Source: the human T2T-CHM13v2.0 reference genome, Homo sapiens. Taken from it: a stretch of DNA of 64,000 bases. The stretch lies in NCBI RefSeq assembly GCF_009914755.1, contig NC_060939.1; one strand, 5' to 3'. Below are positions 60,904 through 64,000 of this stretch, in pieces (the stretch's first letter is position 1; every line of letters starts with the position of its first letter). The position numbers and the translations under genes were made by a program. The notes under the pieces are model-generated. The model made no database searches. It worked only from the letters and a program-made list of their open reading frames with translations, and was not told the origin of the DNA.

Positions 60904-61028
60904 CCATCTCGTCAGCTGCCCTTGAAGTGCCCAGAACTCAGGGCTGGTTTTGTCCTCCAAAGCCTTGGTGTAGGGCTGGACCAGGATCTGCAGCCAAACT
61001 TCATACAGCACCAGCTCTGCCTTCTCCC
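60904..61028 (-). CDS. TRCG1-like exon (1-0, 125 nt): GEKAELVLYEVWLQIL...SPEFWALQGQLTRW
   Basis: ccccatcactctag|GG...AGATGG|gtgaag. Confidence 0.8.
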
Positions 61029-61120
61029 CTAGAGTGATGGGGGTGGAGGTGGCATCAGCCTGCATCCCCTCTCCTGGAAGCCCTGGAGTGGGACACACAC
61101 CCAAGCTCTTATGCTCCATC

Positions 61121-61456
61121 CAGGGGTCAGCTGCCACTGGTCTAAAAACCAAATTTCTTGCTGCCTGTTTTTGTGTGGCCCATGAATTAAGAATGGCTTT
61201 TACATGTTTAAATGGTTGAAAACATGGAAAGTAGAATCGTATCTTGTGACACATGAGAAGTACGTGAGATGCAAACTTCCATGTCCATAAAGAAAGGTTT
61301 CCGGGAACGTGGCCACGCTCATTTGTTGACATGTTGCCTAGGGCTGCTTTCTTGCTAAGAGGAGGGTTTGAGTAGGTGGTGACAGAGACCCAGTGGCCTG
61401 CAGAGCCTTAAAGAGTTCCCATCGGGCCCTTTACAGAAAATGCTTGCTAACCCCTG
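61121..61456. mobile_element. MER58-like hAT DNA transposon in the TRCG1-like intron
   Basis: Inverted ends caggggtcagc / gctaacccctg. Confidence 0.7.
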
Positions 61457-62457
61457 TACTAATCCATCTAATGGAATACACTGCCCACTCCGTGAGTTGA
61501 TCCTAGTAGGAAATGTTGCTGATAATTTAACAGCTGCTGCTTTTATGTTTTATTTTGTCCCTGATCCGGTGGGAGACACGTAAGAAAATTCACTCCCTGG
61601 GTGGAGGTCATGGTGGGGCTTGTGGCCATCAATGGTGAAGCCTCTTTAAGAGGACACATGGGGAGCTCTACCATCTGTTGAGAGGGTTGTGAGGGGCCCT
61701 CTGTGTTGAGGAATGAAGAGGGAACGCTGCCTGTGTGCTGGGAGCTGGCTTTCTGGGGAGCAGAAGAGATGGTGGTTCGGGCCTGCGGAGGCAGAGGCCC
61801 AAACCAATCTGGTCTCTGGGGCTGCCGGCAGGGAGAGTAGTTGTGTAGGAGTGAGTGCAGGGGCAAAGCCCGAAGGAGGGCACCCCTGAACGCACCCCCG
61901 ACCGCACCCCCAGGAGGCTGTGGTGGTGGGGGTGGGGCAGCACTGTAGGAGGACCAGCACCTTCTGTGGCTGAGGGGTCCTCGGAGAGCAGCTCTGGGCT
62001 GTGCGTAGCTGGAGGGGACTGATTTGACCCAGCGCTCTCCTAACTTGGGTGTGGAACAGCTCTCCCTGTTTGAATGGCAACGAGCTTGCAGAAGTCATCC
62101 TGCAGGAGGCCCCAAGAGGAGATATGGGCTTCTTGCAGCCCCTGCACTGGGGCAGAGCTGAGGGCTTTTGCCCCTGACTTGGTGGGACAGATCTTGTCAT
62201 GCATGTGAGGACTCAGTGAGGTCCTGGGCAATCAGGGAGGTGACGGGACCCTCTCATCCTTCTGATCTTGACTGCTTCTCGCCTCTGTCCAGCTCCTTGC
62301 TAAAGCTCTATGCCCCATTCCTCTCTGTGGCCCCAACACATGAGCAAGTGTTGTCTGAAGGAAATTCTGCCCATTCTCTAGAAGGGGAACACCAAGGTTT
62401 AGAGAGGGAAAGAGCCTGCTGGCCCAGAGACACACAGGGATTGCAGCCCCGACTCAC

Positions 62458-62597
62458 CATTGGCCACGATGCTGGATTTCTGGAGGATGGGATCTGTTAT
62501 GTTTTGGGCCAAGTGATTAGCCAGGCCTTGGAGGTGGGTAGTGATGGGAGTCTGGAACTTGTATTCGATATAAACACCCACCCACTGGTCCGCATTG
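62458..62597 (-). CDS. TRCG1-like exon (2-1, 140 nt): SNADQWVGVYIEYKFQ...ILQKSSIVAN
   Basis: tgtgcttctctag|C...AATG|gtgagt. Confidence 0.8.
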
Positions 62598-62894
62598 CTA
62601 GAGAAGCACAAGGGGAGAGTGCAGAGGTCACAAGCTCTTTGCCAGCACGTTTCTAGAGCAGGTAGAGTCCCCCAAAATGCACACCCTCTGGCGTGGGGGC
62701 CCCCTACCTTCTAGGCAGAGCTAGCTTACACAGCCAAGCTACAGCTACCTGGGGCAAAGTCCTTTCCCAGCTAGCCCCAAACCTACACCCCCACATCCTG
62801 GTTCTGGGTCACAGAGCTGCCTCCCTCTGTCCCAGGGCAGCCCCCAAGAGAGCAGCAGGGCAGGCTGAGTGGATGGGAGGGGGACTCGACCCAC

Positions 62895-62959
62895 CTGAAG
62901 AGGAGCAGGGGCCTCTCCTGGGGACTCGCCTTGTAGAATCCTGACACCACCGGTGTGAC
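62895..62959 (-). CDS. TRCG1-like exon (0-2, 65 nt): VTPVVSGFYKASPQERPLLLF
   Basis: gtttcccacag|GTC...TTCAG|gtgggt. Confidence 0.78.
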
Positions 62960-63279
62960 CTGTGGGAAACCCTGGAGGTCAGGGCGGGCCTGGGAGCTGT
63001 ATCTCCTGAGACCCAGTGTGGGATGGGGACCAGGTGAGGTGGGAGGCAGGACCTGGGAGGGAGCGCACCCTTAAACACGGCGTCCTGGGTAGGAGTGTCT
63101 GCTTACAGAGCCTGGCTGTGTTCCCATTCGGACAGTCACCTCCTCCTTCAGAGAACCCTCTCCCCCAGGGTGCCCTCTATGACTGCCTTCCGCCATAGTG
63201 CCATGGCTGGGTGCTGCCTCCATGCTGGGAGGCCTGCTTCAAGGGAGGTATAGTGAGTGTCCTCACTATGCCACCTCAC

Positions 63280-63410
63280 CTGTTGGAGGATCTGCCTTTC
63301 CAGCAGGACAAAGGAAACAGAACCCGGTACGAGGAGCTGCGGCAGGAAGGACCTCATGGCTGTGAAGCGGATGCTGATGGTCTCCCGGGCCAGGGTGATC
63401 AAGTCGGCCC
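63280..63410 (-). CDS. TRCG1-like exon (1-0, 131 nt): GADLITLARETISIRFTAMRSFLPQLLVPGSVSFVLLERQILQQ
   Basis: ctctacag|GG...CAACAG|gtgagg; SEA N-terminal strand/helix pattern. Confidence 0.78.
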
Positions 63411-63582
63411 CTGTAGAGCCATGGGTGAGAGTTCCGGAGGCGCCAAGACCCTCCTTGCCCACCGCACCACCAGGTGCTTCGGGGTCAGGGCAGAAGTTGG
63501 ATCCCTCCAGGAAGTCCACCCAGTGCTCCCCCTGGGCAGGTGAAAAGGCACTGCGGTAGGGGCGGCTGGGGATGGGACTCAC

Positions 63583-63740
63583 CATCAGAGGTGAGGCTGT
63601 TCTCAGCCAATGAGAGGTTCCCCAGCATGTGCCCTGAGGTCTTCACTTTGCGATACAAAGCCCAGAGGAGTTCACAGGGAGAGGGGCCTGGGGCACGGCC
63701 CCCAAATACAAGGGAGGCGTTCACCGCTACAGAGCCAGGC
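63583..63740 (-). CDS. TRCG1-like exon (phase 2-1, 158 nt): (R)PGSVAVNASLVFGG...NLSLAENSLTSD
   Basis: ctctgcccccacag|G...GATG|gtgagt; carries a SEA-type PGSVAV motif. Confidence 0.75.
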
Positions 63741-64000
63741 CTGTGGGGGCAGAGCCACGTCCTCAGCCAGGGCCAGTGGGGGCATGAGGGGTCCTGTGCA
63801 CCCGGTGGGGGCCAGGCTGGTGCACGAGTTGGCATCCCAAGGGAGGGAAGTCCACAGGGGAAGTCATGGGTCACGCAGAGAAGAGCCTCCCTGTGTAACT
63901 CAAGGCAAGTCACCTCACCCGTCTGGGCCTTGGCTGCCTCCTCAGTAAAAGGGAGATAATGATCCCTTTCCCAGAGGATTGCTGTGAGGCCTGAATGACT

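Larger units (their letters stand above)
59804..63740 (-). pseudogene. TRCG1P: 3' portion of a TRCG1-like SEA-domain membrane protein locus (to my recollection catalogued as a pseudogene, but the frame is intact here); 5' exons lie beyond the window
   Basis: Nine phase-compatible GT-AG exons splice to 325 codons. The peptide resembles mouse Trcg1 as I recall it, and mouse Trcg1 lies tail-to-tail with the C15orf39 orthologue. Confidence 0.75.

Noticed and set aside
63411-63531. Alternative acceptor at 63531 adding GEHWVDFLEG... in frame
   Set aside because: It would leave a 51-nt intron and is phase 0 after a phase-1 donor. It is usable only if the 158-nt exon is skipped, so it is not part of the main model.

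Overview
Mammalian, human-like, repeat-rich genomic DNA, recognisable as the C15orf39 (PRMT2IP) locus at 15q24.2. The left half (1-35 kb) is mostly transposable elements: HSMAR1, MER61, LTR8/HUERS-P1, MER9, MER51-like and about 30 Alus across the window. It also holds an RPL36AL-derived processed pseudogene and a possible decayed sushi/CCP relic. C15orf39 runs on + from a CpG-island promoter (~35.9 kb) to a poly(A) signal at 46184; its spliced CDS gives 1047 aa. Main finding: nine short minus-strand exons at 59.8-63.7 kb have canonical GT-AG ends and a repeating 1-0/0-2/2-1 phase pattern. They splice into one stop-free 325-codon frame encoding tandem SEA-like modules, a transmembrane helix and a short tail. 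This looks like the human counterpart of mouse Trcg1 (taste receptor cell gene 1), with no lesion in its ectodomain or TM exons inside this window. Second finding: C15orf39 residues 833-913 align without gaps to the SKI/SNO/DAC domain as I recall it, and the protein has a CtBP-type ALDLS motif. Repeat family names are from recalled consensus sequences, and Alu boundaries are approximate.
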